DNA from: Rappaport israeli
Lineage (GTDB): Bacteria > Pseudomonadota > Gammaproteobacteria > Cardiobacteriales > Cardiobacteriaceae
NCBI RefSeq assembly: GCF_001888055.1
Contig: NZ_LXHZ01000015.1
Location: 18,552 to 50,551 of the forward strand
DNA length: 32,000 nucleotides
Reading direction: 5' to 3'
The notes beneath the pieces are model-generated. The model searched no databases, was not told the origin of the DNA, and saw nothing but the letters and a program-made list of their open reading frames with translations. Both the position numbers and the translations under genes were made by a program. Positions 9,891 to 20,055 of this stretch are shown in pieces; within the stretch, counting starts at the first letter, position 1, and each line of letters begins with the position of its first letter.

Positions 9891-10885
9891 ACGTCATTTT
9901 CCAGTGAAATACATTTATTTTGCTGTGCAGATAGGGTGGCAGCATCAGCGATACGTTGTGCGGCAACGCCATCGTCAATACTAGTGCGTGGTTTGGTGGT
10001 GTTGATGAGGCAGTCTAAAAAGTGAATAATTTCTAAGCGGTAGGCTTCGCGGTAGCGTTGGAGGAAGAAATATTCGGGTAGGTCTTGGCTGATGTGTTGA
10101 TTGTTCCAAACTACGACTTCAGTGGGGCGGTGGTTGGCGCACTGTATCATGCCACGTTCGCCTAAGACTTCAAAACGTTGGTCGTAGCCATAGGCGGCGC
10201 GACGGCTGGTGTTGATTTGGCAGAGGCGACCTTGGCGGGTTGTAAGTGTTACCGCGGTGGTGTCAAAATCGTTGGCTTGGTGGCGAATTTCTGGATTGGT
10301 TAGACAGGAGGCGCTGGCTTGTACACTGATAATCTCATCATCTAAAATCCAGCGGCAAATATCAAAATCATGAATGAGCATGTCGCGGAAGATGCCTCCG
10401 CTGACTTTTAGATAGTCTAATGATGGTGCGGCTGGGTCGCGACTGGTGATGATAAGAATTTCAGGGTTGCCAATTTCGCCTGATTCTAGGCGTTGTTTAG
10501 CAGCATAAAAGGTAGGGTCAAAGCGACGTTGAAAGCCAATCATGCAGGTGATGCCAGATTCTTTTACGGCTTGTTGACAAAGTTTTGCACGCTCTAGGGA
10601 TAAATCAATGGGTTTTTCACAGAAAACGTGTTTGCCTGCTTGGGTAGCTTGTAGGAGGAGTTGGCTGTGGGTGTCAGTAGAGGAGGCAATGACAACGGCG
10701 TCGATGTTTTTGTCGGCTAAAATTTCTTCAACATTGGCAACTTGCGCGCCTGTGCGTTTAGCAAGGGTTTGTGCAGAATGGGGGTTGGGGTCACTGATGT
10801 AGCGAAGTTGGATGCCTTCGATGGCTTGTAGGTTGGTGGCGTGAATGCTACCAATGCGTCCTGCGCCAAAAAGTGCTAAGTTCAT
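9887..10885 (-). CDS. iolG: inositol 2-dehydrogenase
   Basis: GAGRIGSIHA, FCEKPIDL and GFQRRFDP motifs are present. Length (332 aa) and operon context match IolG/IdhA. Confidence 0.8.
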   Translation of the reverse strand: MNLALFGAGRIGSIHATNLQAIEGIQLRYISDPNPHSAQTLAKRTGAQVANVEEILADKNIDAVVIASSTDTHSQLLLQATQAGKHVFCEKPIDLSLERAKLCQQAVKESGITCMIGFQRRFDPTFYAAKQRLESGEIGNPEILIITSRDPAAPSLDYLKVSGGIFRDMLIHDFDICRWILDDEIISVQASASCLTNPEIRHQANDFDTTAVTLTTRQGRLCQINTSRRAAYGYDQRFEVLGERGMIQCANHRPTEVVVWNNQHISQDLPEYFFLQRYREAYRLEIIHFLDCLINTTKPRTSIDDGVAAQRIADAATLSAQQNKCISLENDV

Positions 10886-10897
10886 ATTGTTGTCTCC

Positions 10898-11761
10898 TTA
10901 TGGTTTGGGTTCTGTATGGGTGAGTTCTGTTTTGGTGGCATAGAGTAAAAATAATGACTGGATAACGCAGACGGTATTCACTAATGCCCGAAAACCAAAA
11001 TTACTTTGCTCTTGTATTTCTATGATTTGTGTGGCGTTTTTGCCGATATCGCTTAGGTGGCTATCGGTGATGGAGATGATTTTGGCGCCTTTTTGTTGGG
11101 CAAGATGAATGGTGTGGCGGCTGCTGTCGGCGTAGGGGGCGTAGGAGATGACGATGAAGAGATCTTCTTCGCTAACGCTATTGAGTTTTTCCTCTAGGCT
11201 AAAGCATAGTCCATTGAGCCAATGAATTGGTTTGTCGCTGTGTTGAATGAGGTAGGTGAGGTAGGCAGAAGCAGCAAAGGAACGACCTGCCGCCATAATC
11301 CAAATAGATTTTGCATTTATCATTAAATCAACTGCGTTATTCAGTGCTTGCATAAGTTGGACGCTAAATAAATTGTTTAGGCTTTGGGTGCTGTTGTGGA
11401 TGACCTCTTGAACGATGCTACTGCCTGAGATGTTTTCCGCGGCTTGCTGTTGTTCGTGGGCAATGCGTTTTATGCGTTCAGCGTAGTCGTCGGTGATGGC
11501 AATTTGTTGGGCGAGATTTTGTTGGAATAGATTTTTAAGTTGGCTGTATCCGCTAAAGCCCATGCTTTGAGCAAATCGAACTAAGGAAGAGGGGGCAACA
11601 TCAATGGTTTGACTAAATTCATTGGCACTCATTAGGGCGATATGGTCGCGGTGATGATGCAGCTGGCGTGCGATGCTTTGGAGGCGTTTGCTGAGTTGGT
11701 CGTAGCGTTGGTCTATGGCTTGAAAAAGTTCATCGGGGTTGGCGTAGGGGGGGTGTTGCAT
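10898..11761 (-). CDS. MurR/RpiR family transcriptional regulator (HTH + SIS domain); candidate IolR
   Basis: An N-terminal HTH_6-like region (ANEFSQTIDVAPSSLVRFAQSMGFSGYSQLK) is followed by a SIS domain. The gene is embedded between iolB and iolG. Confidence 0.8.
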   Translation of the reverse strand: MQHPPYANPDELFQAIDQRYDQLSKRLQSIARQLHHHRDHIALMSANEFSQTIDVAPSSLVRFAQSMGFSGYSQLKNLFQQNLAQQIAITDDYAERIKRIAHEQQQAAENISGSSIVQEVIHNSTQSLNNLFSVQLMQALNNAVDLMINAKSIWIMAAGRSFAASAYLTYLIQHSDKPIHWLNGLCFSLEEKLNSVSEEDLFIVISYAPYADSSRHTIHLAQQKGAKIISITDSHLSDIGKNATQIIEIQEQSNFGFRALVNTVCVIQSLFLLYATKTELTHTEPKP

Positions 11762-11770
11762 GTGGGTTTC

Positions 11771-12574
11771 CTATTTGGGTGGGGCGATAAGCCATTCGTG
11801 TTCAGGATCGTTGCTAAATTGCCAACGACGTTCTGGTCCTGCCATGGTGTTGAGATAATATAGGTCGTAACCATGTACTGCAGCGCAGGGATGATATCCT
11901 TTTGGAACCAACACTACATCACGATTTTCAACGCTCATGGTTTCATCTAAGGTGCGGTCTTGGGTATAAACACGCTGGAAAGCAAATCCTTGTGGGGGGT
12001 TAATGCAGTGGTAGTAGGTTTCTTCAAGTAGGGTTTCGTTGGCGTTTTGTTGGTCATGCTTATGGGGAGGATAGCTGGAGCTGTTGCCCGCTGGGGTAAT
12101 GACTTCAACAACTAATAGGCTTTCAGCTGGGGCATCTTCGGGCAAAATGTCGCAAATGTAGCGGGTATTGCTGCCTTGTCCGCGGGTGCTGCGTCGCATG
12201 TGTTCGGGGAGAATGAGTCTAGGGGGATAATGTCCTTGGGCTGGGGCGCTTGATAGGGCGATTTCTAGGTCGGTGTGCGCGCTTATGTGGATTTGGCTGT
12301 TAGGGGGGATATAGACGGCATAGGGGGATTGGTTGTCAAAGACGCTTTGACGTTGTCCTAGGTGTGTATAGTGCTGTTCGTTGACTTGAATATCTGCGCG
12401 ACCGTAGAGTAGGGTGAGGCAATATTCTTTGTTGTGTTCACTGTGAAATTGGTGTGTTTGTTGGGCGGCTAATTGTACAACGCTAAAGCCAACATATTGC
12501 CAATTGGCATTTTCTGGGGTGATGTTGTGTAGGATTGTGTGATTTTTGTTGGGTTTGATTAATAAGTTTGGCAT
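11771..12574 (-). CDS. iolB: 5-deoxy-glucuronate isomerase
   Basis: 267-aa cupin-like protein in the IolB position. Its size and conserved segments (PAGNSSSYPPHKHD, YYLNTMAGP) match IolB. Confidence 0.85.
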   Translation of the reverse strand: MPNLLIKPNKNHTILHNITPENANWQYVGFSVVQLAAQQTHQFHSEHNKEYCLTLLYGRADIQVNEQHYTHLGQRQSVFDNQSPYAVYIPPNSQIHISAHTDLEIALSSAPAQGHYPPRLILPEHMRRSTRGQGSNTRYICDILPEDAPAESLLVVEVITPAGNSSSYPPHKHDQQNANETLLEETYYHCINPPQGFAFQRVYTQDRTLDETMSVENRDVVLVPKGYHPCAAVHGYDLYYLNTMAGPERRWQFSNDPEHEWLIAPPK

Positions 12575-12582
12575 GGGAGTTC

Positions 12583-13529
12583 CTAGCTATGGGGGTGTTT
12601 TAGGGTGTCAATGATTTGGGTTAGAGTTTGGTAGCCTTTTTTGGCGTAGGGGTAAGGCGGAGCAAGGGCAGGGTCTTGTTCGGCTTCAACGATGAGCCAG
12701 CCTTGATAATGGTTTTGCAATAAGAGGGTTAGGACGGCGTTAAAATCAATAACACCATCGCCGGGTACGGTAAAAGCGCCTGCAAGTACGGCGTTTAAAA
12801 AGGATTGGTCGCGATTTCTAATGTCGCGTATAACCTTTGGTCGGACATCTTTGCAGTGCACGTGAACCACGCGCTGTAAATGTTTTTTCAGAGTTTGGGT
12901 GATGTCGATGTTTTGTTCAGCATGGTTGGTGGCTTGTGCAAACCAGCAATGTCCAGTATCAAATAATAATCCAACGTTTTCTGGGTCGGTTAGGCTCATG
13001 AGGGTGTCGATATCGTCTGGATGTTCGACGTAGGCGCCCATATGATGATGGTAGGCTAAGGTAAGGTCATATTTATCTTTGATTTTCTTGCCAAATTCAT
13101 TGAGTTTTTGTGTGTAGGTTTGCCATTGCTGTGGCTGGGTAAATTTAGGTCGCTGAGAGAGAGGGGTGTGGATTTGTCCTTGAATGCTGTGGGCGGTTTC
13201 GCCATAAACGAGGATTTTGCAGTCGTTGTGGTGTAATTTTTCTAGGTGTTGGGTGGCAGCTTGTAATTCGTCATCTACGCTGTAATCGTTAAGGCGGGCG
13301 AGGTTGCCTGAATACCAACCTGAAACGCAGGCAACGTTGTATTGCTTGAGTGTTTTTTTAAGTTCCGCACCTGTTTTGGGAAATTTGTTGCCTAGTTCAA
13401 AGCCTTGGTAGCCAATTTCACTGCCTTCACTAAGTGCGATTTCTAGCGGGGTTTCACCTCCTAGAGACGGAAGGTCGTCGTTGCTCCAACCGATAGGTTG
13501 ATACCAATTTGTACGTTAAATGTTGACAT
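12583..13529 (-). pseudogene. iolE: myo-inosose-2 dehydratase IolE; one missing base near the 5' end
   Basis: The frame of ORF 12583-13041 stays open upstream, reading IGWSNDDLPSLGGETPLE...GYQGFELGNKFP...LAYHHHMG. ATG 13529 (MSTFNVQIGIN) is in another frame. Coding-strand aacctatcgg would read GINPIGWSNDD if cc were ccc (+ strand gg 13496-13497). The span is 947 nt (3n+2). Confidence 0.85.
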
Positions 13530-13546
13530 AGATTTTCCTTAGATTA

Positions 13547-15445
13547 TTAGCGACGTTGTTGGGCTTTGTTTTGTTGTTGTTCGGCGTAAGCTTGCTGCAC
13601 TTTATTGTGCGGGGATACTTCTGCAATGCCGACTTCCCACCATGCGCCTCCATCATCGGTGATGCGTTCAGCTGTAGTGTCAATGACTAATACTGAAACG
13701 CCTTGGCGTGCTCTAGCTTGTTTAAGTGCGATTTTTAGGCTGTCAATATTGTCAACGTGTTGAGCATAAGCGCCCATGGCTTGAGCATGGGAGGAAAAAT
13801 CTATATGGACATCGATGCCATTTTCGCCTACACAGTGGCTTAAAAGATTATTGTAATTGGGACTACCACTAGCACGTTGTAAGCGGTTGATGCAACCAAA
13901 TCCGCGATTATCTAATACGACAATAATAAGCTTGAGACCAAGCATTTGTGCGGTGGCAATTTCACTATTCATCATCATATAAGAGCCATCGCCTACCATG
14001 ACGATAACTTCTTTGTCTGGGCGGGCAAGTTTAACGCCTAATGCGCCAGCGATTTCATAACCCATGCAGGAGTAACCATAATCCATATGGTAGTTGCCTA
14101 CGCCTTCACAACGCCAAAGTTTATGCAGTTCTGCAGGTAAAGTACCTGCAGCGCACACGACAATGTCTTGATAAGGAGAGTTGGGGTGAGATTGTCTTAT
14201 TGCGCCAATAACTTCAGCATCGTAGGGGAGGGTGTCTTTGGGTGGTTGTTGTGTAGTGAGTTGTGTTACTTTGTCTTGCCATTGTTGTGCTAGGGTTTGG
14301 CTGCGTTGTTGCCAATCTGGGCTAAGGGCAGTAAATAGATTGTCTTGTTTGAGCCAGTCTATAAGACAAAGTTTGGCATCGCTTTGTAGGCTTTGGGCGC
14401 GCGCACGAGTGAGGTCTAGAGTGGAGACATTGAGCGCTAAGATTTCTGCTTCAGGAAATAGAGCATTAGAGCCACTGGTAAAATCTTGTAAGCGTGTACC
14501 TATGGCAATAATTAAATCGGCTTCACGAGCAAGGGTGTTGGCAGCAGGAGAACCTAATACGCCAATAGAGCCAACGTTGTAAGGATGTTGCCATGAGAGT
14601 GCGCTTTTGCCAGCTTGTGTTTCAGCTACGGGGATGCGGTATTGTTGCGCAAAGGTGGCAAGTTCTTGGCTGGCATCGCTATATAAAGTGCCACCGCCGC
14701 TAATGATAAGGGGGCGTTTGGCGCGTGATAGAGTGGCGTATGCTTGCTGGATTTCGCGTGTGTCTGCACTTAGACGACGTATTTTCAGGGGTGTTGGGTT
14801 AAAAAAGTCGCGTGGATAATCCCATGCTTGCGCTTGGATGTCTTGCGGTAGGGCGAGGGTCACAGGGCCACAAAGTGCGGGGTCGGTTAGGACGGCGAAG
14901 GCGCGTGGCAGGGCGGTTAGTAATTGCGCTGGAAGCATGATGCGGTCAAAATAGCGTGAGACGGGGCGAAAGCAGTCGTTAACGCTGATATCACCAGCTG
15001 AAAAATCTTCACTTTGTTGCAATACGGGGTCAGGAGCGCGACTGGCAAAAATATCTCCAGGAAGAAGGAGTAATGGTAGACGATTGACGTGTGCTAATGC
15101 AGCGGCGGTTACCATATTGGTTGCCCCTGGTCCAATAGAGGAACTAACCGCCATAATGCGTCGGCGCATCTGTGCTTTGGCATAAGCAATAGCGGCATGT
15201 GCCATGCCTTGTTCGTTGTGGGCGCGCAGTAGTGGTAATCCTTGTGGGCGGTAGTCGCGATGCTTGTCAGCAAGGCGTAAGTTTGCCATTGCTTCGCCTA
15301 TCCCACAAACATTTCCATGCCCAAAAATTGCCCACATACCTGTAACAAAAGGATGAAGACTGCCATCATCATCTTCGATTTCTATGCTAGCGATATAGCG
15401 AGTAAGTGCTTGTGCCATAGTTAGGCGTATGGTTTTAGTGCTCAT
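13547..15445 (-). CDS. iolD: 3D-(3,5/4)-trihydroxycyclohexane-1,2-dione acylhydrolase (TPP-dependent, decyclizing)
   Basis: About 630-aa ThDP enzyme (GDGSYMMMNSE motif) in the IolD position. ATG 15445 is preceded by AGGAG and overlaps the iolC stop by 11 nt. Confidence 0.9.
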   Translation of the reverse strand: MSTKTIRLTMAQALTRYIASIEIEDDDGSLHPFVTGMWAIFGHGNVCGIGEAMANLRLADKHRDYRPQGLPLLRAHNEQGMAHAAIAYAKAQMRRRIMAVSSSIGPGATNMVTAAALAHVNRLPLLLLPGDIFASRAPDPVLQQSEDFSAGDISVNDCFRPVSRYFDRIMLPAQLLTALPRAFAVLTDPALCGPVTLALPQDIQAQAWDYPRDFFNPTPLKIRRLSADTREIQQAYATLSRAKRPLIISGGGTLYSDASQELATFAQQYRIPVAETQAGKSALSWQHPYNVGSIGVLGSPAANTLAREADLIIAIGTRLQDFTSGSNALFPEAEILALNVSTLDLTRARAQSLQSDAKLCLIDWLKQDNLFTALSPDWQQRSQTLAQQWQDKVTQLTTQQPPKDTLPYDAEVIGAIRQSHPNSPYQDIVVCAAGTLPAELHKLWRCEGVGNYHMDYGYSCMGYEIAGALGVKLARPDKEVIVMVGDGSYMMMNSEIATAQMLGLKLIIVVLDNRGFGCINRLQRASGSPNYNNLLSHCVGENGIDVHIDFSSHAQAMGAYAQHVDNIDSLKIALKQARARQGVSVLVIDTTAERITDDGGAWWEVGIAEVSPHNKVQQAYAEQQQNKAQQRR

Positions 15446-17397
15446 GAGGAACTCCTGTGCGTGTCTGCCATGCATCGATTAAGACAGTAAAATTTTCGCT
15501 GATTTGTTGACGACATTGCTCGACATTAATTTTTTCTTCTAACAATGCGCAGATGGGTTGTTGCCAGACACTACGACCAATCATAAATCCTTTAACAATA
15601 GGGTGAGTGGCTTGTTTAAATTGCGCGCATAACACTTCTTTTGCTTGATTTAGACCTAATAAAACAACGCCTCGACAATAGGGGTCGTGTTGTTGAATGA
15701 GTTGGTCTAGCATATGCCAAGAGGGAGATTGCATACCCACAAGTTTCCACCAATGGGGTTTGATACCAAGATGATAAAATCGCGCAATACTACGTAAGAT
15801 AATGCTGTCGTTATCTTTGTCGCTAACGTGCGCAGGTAAGGGATTAGGAGCAATAACTTCTAATAACAATTCATGTCCGCTGTGTTGCACACTTTCCCAT
15901 AGCGCGAGCAGTTGGCGTTCTTGTGCCATACGTATATTAAGGTCGTCTTCTGGGTGGTAGAACACTAAACATTTTATGGTGTGTTCTAGGGGATAGTCTT
16001 TGATTTTACTGGCAATGCTGTATGTGTGTTCAAAAGAAAGGGGGCGCGAACTAGGTTGTTCAACAGGGCGTCCAATCCATAAAGGTGGGTTGGATTCACT
16101 GGCATCACATAATACTTGTTTAGCATAGGTATCATCGGCCAATATTCCTAGTTTCCCAGATAATTCAGGACGTTGTTTACTAATATGGGTTAGTGCTTGG
16201 AAAACGATTTGCTTGAGTTGGGTAATTTTTGTACGTGGTATTGCATAGCGATTGGCTATGTCCTCAAATTGGCTACGATGATCAAAAGCTAAGACATAAA
16301 CTTCAGGCCACGAGATGCGCTTGCCGCTGACTCGGTGCAAATGCTGTAAATGAGGGTCTAGGTCAGGGCGTAATCCTTCGGGTTGATTGAGCCAATAATT
16401 TAGTTCATCTAGGGTTGGCATAGCAGGTGCACAACCATGACGTGAGACAACGATTGCGCCACAAATATTAGCAATGCGCGCAGCTTGAGCAAAATCATAT
16501 CCGCGAATAAGTGCATAAATTAAACCACTGGCAAAAGCATCCCCTGCCCCTAATACGTTCATGACTTCTACTTGTTCAGTTTTATATAGGGTAAGAGTAT
16601 CGAGTGAGTCTGGAATTTCTCCAGAAATAATTTGACATCCTAAAACGCCTCTTTTTAATACGAGTACAGCTTGGGTGTGTTGGCGAACGGTGCGTAAGGC
16701 TTGCAAAATGTCTTCTGAGCCACCTGCAATACTAAATTCTTCTTCTGTGCCTATGATTAAATCGAATAAAGGCAGTTGCGCCTGCAGATGAGCGCTGACA
16801 CTGTCGCTTTTGATGTAGCGTGTTTCGCCATCGCCAAGTTCGGTAAGACCCCACAAAACAGGTCGATAATCAATATCTAAAATAGTGATAGTTTGATGTT
16901 GACGTGCAGCTTGTAGTGCTTTTCTTGAAGCTTTGAGTGTGGTATCGGTGGATAGGTGCGTACCAGTAACTAGTAGCGCTTTGCATCGTTTGAAAAAATT
17001 CTCGTCAATATCATCTTCACAGAGCGCCATATCTGCACAATCATGCCGATAAAACAATAATGGGAATGTGTCTTGATCTTTTAAAGCAAGAAAAACCAGT
17101 GCGGTTAAGCGTTCAGGGTCTAGGAGTACTTGTGAAGTATCGCAGCCTTCACGCTCTAACGTTTCAAGTAAAAATCGTCCCATTTGTTCATTGCCAACCC
17201 TTGAAATCATGGCGCTGTTTAAACCCAATCTTGCAGTTCCGAAAGCGATATTGCTTGAGCTACCACCGAGGTATTTTTTAAAACTGTGGGTATGCTCTAA
17301 ACCGACACCAATAGCTTCACCATATAAGTCAACCGCTAGACGACCTAAGCAAGCAATGTCTATTGGGCGTTCTTGGGGGAAAACAATTTTTTTGCAT
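15435..17397 (-). pseudogene. iolC: 5-dehydro-2-deoxygluconokinase with C-terminal DUF2090 (aldolase-type) domain, long-form IolC; one extra base in an A7 run at codons 2-4
   Basis: The frame of ORF 15435-17228 continues upstream as IVFPQERPIDIACLGRLAVDLYGEAIGVGLEHTHSFKKYLGGSSSNIAFGTARLG, a PfkB kinase N-terminus. ATG 17397 (atgcaaaaaaatt) is out of frame. A6 instead of A7 would restore MQKIVFPQ. The span is 1963 nt (3n+1). Confidence 0.85.
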
Positions 17398-17433
17398 CTA
17401 CGCTGCTCCAGCTAGAGAAATGTTTGAGCCTAT

Positions 17434-17463
17434 AGTATAGAATATTTAAAATAAAAATTCCAA
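17434..17463 (-). promoter_or_regulatory. candidate sigma-70 promoter of the iolC operon
   Basis: On the minus strand: -35 TTGGAA (17458-17463), an 18-nt spacer, -10 TATACT (17434-17439). GGAG lies 9 nt before ATG 17397. Confidence 0.35.
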
Positions 17464-17484
17464 ATTATTTTTTCAAAATAAAAT

Positions 17485-17528
17485 TTGCGATATATGGGGT
17501 TGGCTGCTATATTAACCCTAGGTTAATA
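17485..17528 (+). promoter_or_regulatory. candidate promoter of the ABC-transporter operon with an overlapping 19-bp palindromic operator
   Basis: -35 TTGCGA (17485-17490), a 17-nt spacer, and -10 TATATT (17508-13) preceded by TGc. A perfect inverted repeat TATTAACC-cta-GGTTAATA (17510-17528) overlaps the -10 and the start region. Confidence 0.45.
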
Positions 17529-17562
17529 CCTAAATAAAATAATTAAACAGGAGTATAACACT

Positions 17563-18485
17563 ATGAAAAAATTAGCTTTAGTAAGTGCAATGGCGATGAT
17601 ATCGTTCTCGCCAGTCACTGTTGCTAAGGATTTGGTTATTGGTGCGACGATGTCAAAATTTGCTGATAAATGGTTGACGTATTTAATTGACGGTATTGAG
17701 CAATTTGATAAAGAGCATGATGATGTGACGGTGGTATTAACCGATGCCAACGATGACCCAGCACGGATGCTCAATCAGGTGGATAATTTTATTGACCAAG
17801 GGGTGGATGCGGTGATTATTCATCCAACTGACCGACAAACGGTGCGTCCAATTGCAAAAAACTACAAAAAGCAGGAATTCCATTGGTAGTAGTCAATCGT
17901 CGTCCAAATGATGAAGATATGGCGTTAATTGGAGCTTATGTCGGTTCAGATGAGATTAAAGGTGGATTGCTACAAGGCGAGGTTGTGGTGAATTTATTAG
18001 GCGAAAAAGAAGGTCGTGTGGGGATTTTAATGGGGCCTCTTGGTTTGGAAGGGCAGATTAATCGTACTGCTGGAAATAAGCAGGTTTTTGATAAACATGA
18101 CAATATTACGGTGATTGTAGAGCAAGAAGGTAAGTGGGACCGTGCTAAGGGCTTGGAGATTACTGAGGATTGGTTACAAGGTAAAAACAATCTTAATGTG
18201 ATTGTGGCGAATAATGATGAGATGGCAATTGGGGCAATGCTGGCAACGCGTAAGGTGGGTTTTAAAGATGAAGATTTTATTATTGTTGGTTTGGATGCAA
18301 CGCCTGATGCTTTGCAATATTTAGGTGAGGGGTTGGACGCGACTGTTTTCCAAGATGGGTATGGTCAAGGTTATGGAGGGGCGCAAGTGGCGTATAAGTT
18401 GGCTAAGGGTGAAGTGGTCGAACCTGTGAAATGGATTGATTTTCAGTTGGTAACCCCAGAAAACAAAGCGCAATACGTTAAATAA
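17563..18485 (+). pseudogene. sugar (probably inositol) ABC transporter periplasmic substrate-binding protein; one missing base in an A-run
   Basis: ORFs 17563-17889 and 17883-18485 are the two halves of one Peripla_BP-type protein with a signal peptide (MKKLALVSAMAMISFSPVTVA). The junction ...PIAKN/KAGIPLVVVNRRP is restored by adding one A to A6 (17856-17861) or A5 (17866-17870). The span is 923 nt (3n+2). Confidence 0.8.
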
Positions 18486-18494
18486 AAAATCTTT

Positions 18495-18524
18495 AAAAAG
18501 GTCATCGTTTGGATGACCTTTTTT
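18495..18524 (+). terminator. intra-operon hairpin with T-run between the binding-protein and ATPase genes (attenuator or partial terminator)
   Basis: ggtcatc (18500-06) / loop gtttg / gatgacc (18512-18), followed by T6 (18519-24). The flanking A5 can extend the stem. AAGGAGG follows at 18529-35. Confidence 0.65.
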
Positions 18525-18540
18525 GCTTAAGGAGGGTCTT

Positions 18541-20055
18541 ATGGATGCGCACAACAATATTTTACAATTAAATAATATTAGTAAAACTTTCCCTGGGGTC
18601 AAGGCGTTAGATGGTATAAATTTGGCGATTCGTCGGGGGGAGGTGCATGCGCTAATGGGCGAAAATGGCGCAGGAAAATCCACGTTGATGAAGATTCTTT
18701 ATGGCTTGTATGTGCCAGATAAAGGCGGTGAGATGATTTTTGATGGTGCACCGTTTAAGCCATCGCGTCCTATGGAGGCTATTGGGCGTGGATTGATTAT
18801 GGTGCCACAGGAGATTAGTCCTGTGGGTAATTTGACGGTGGCAGAGAATTTTTTCTTAGGACGCGAAATTGTTAAAAATGGTCTGCTAGATAATCAAGCG
18901 ATGAATGCTCAAGCTGAGGCGATGTTACGTGATTTGGGGATTGTGATGGATGTGCGCCAAAAAATGAGTGAGGTGTCTGTTGCTAAAGCACAATTGGTAG
19001 CGGTGGCTACAGCAGTATCGATTGATGCAAAGGTGATTTTAATGGATGAACCTTCTACTTCCTTAACAGAGTTAGAAGTAGAGCAATTGTATCAGATTGT
19101 TGAACGTTTAAAGGCGCGCAATATTGCGGTGATTTTTATCTCACATAAATTAGATGAGATTTTTCGTGTGGCTGACCGTATTTCGGTGTTACGTGATGGT
19201 TGTCATGTCGCTACGCATGATAAAACGGCTATTACCAAGGAACAACTGATTGAAGAGATGGTCGGGCGTAATATGAGTGATATGTATGCTAAGGAGAAAG
19301 TTGCAATTAGTGATGAGCTGGTTATAGAAGTACGCCATCTGAGTCGTGAAAATTGTTTTGAGGATGTGAGTTTTTCTGTGCGTAAAGGGGAGATTTTAGG
19401 GGTTGCTGGATTGGTTGGGGCAGGGCGAAGTTATGTTGCGGAGAGTTTGTATGGTTATAAGCCTGCAGATAGTGGTGAGATTTTTATGCATGGTAGGCAG
19501 GTGTTTATTCAAAATCCTAATGATGCGCAACACAATCATATTGGCTGGGTTACAGAAGACCGCAAGCTAACAGGTTTATTCCTTAATATGAATATTACCG
19601 ACAATATTATTATGCCTAATTTATCGCCTTTTATTCGAAACTTCTTGATTTCAAATGGATTGGCGCGTGAGGTGGCGGAAAAACAAAAGCGTGAGATGCG
19701 TATTAAAGCGCCGAATGTGAATGTGATTACAGGAAATCTTTCTGGTGGTAATCAGCAAAAGGTGTTGATTGGACGTGCGTTAATTTTAAATCCTGATGTT
19801 CTGATTTTAGATGAACCTACTAAGGGTATTGATGTGGGGGCAAAGGCAGAGATTTATCGTTTGATGGTAGAGCTTGCCAAAATTGGTAAGTCAATCATTA
19901 TGATATCCTCAGATATGATTGAATTATTAGCAATGAGTGATCGGATTATGGTGATGGCAGAAGGCAAGGTAACGGGCATGCTTAGTCGTGATGAGGCAAC
20001 GCAGGCGAAAATTATTAAATTGGCATCGAAGTTAACCGATGAGATGTCGGTGTAA
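18541..20055 (+). CDS. sugar ABC transporter ATP-binding protein (duplicated ABC domains, RbsA/MglA type)
   Basis: Two ABC cassettes are present. The first has GENGAGKST plus LMDEPSTSL. The second has the LSGGNQQK signature plus ILDEPTKGID. ATG 18541 sits behind AAGGAGG. Confidence 0.9.
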   Translation: MDAHNNILQLNNISKTFPGVKALDGINLAIRRGEVHALMGENGAGKSTLMKILYGLYVPDKGGEMIFDGAPFKPSRPMEAIGRGLIMVPQEISPVGNLTVAENFFLGREIVKNGLLDNQAMNAQAEAMLRDLGIVMDVRQKMSEVSVAKAQLVAVATAVSIDAKVILMDEPSTSLTELEVEQLYQIVERLKARNIAVIFISHKLDEIFRVADRISVLRDGCHVATHDKTAITKEQLIEEMVGRNMSDMYAKEKVAISDELVIEVRHLSRENCFEDVSFSVRKGEILGVAGLVGAGRSYVAESLYGYKPADSGEIFMHGRQVFIQNPNDAQHNHIGWVTEDRKLTGLFLNMNITDNIIMPNLSPFIRNFLISNGLAREVAEKQKREMRIKAPNVNVITGNLSGGNQQKVLIGRALILNPDVLILDEPTKGIDVGAKAEIYRLMVELAKIGKSIIMISSDMIELLAMSDRIMVMAEGKVTGMLSRDEATQAKIIKLASKLTDEMSV

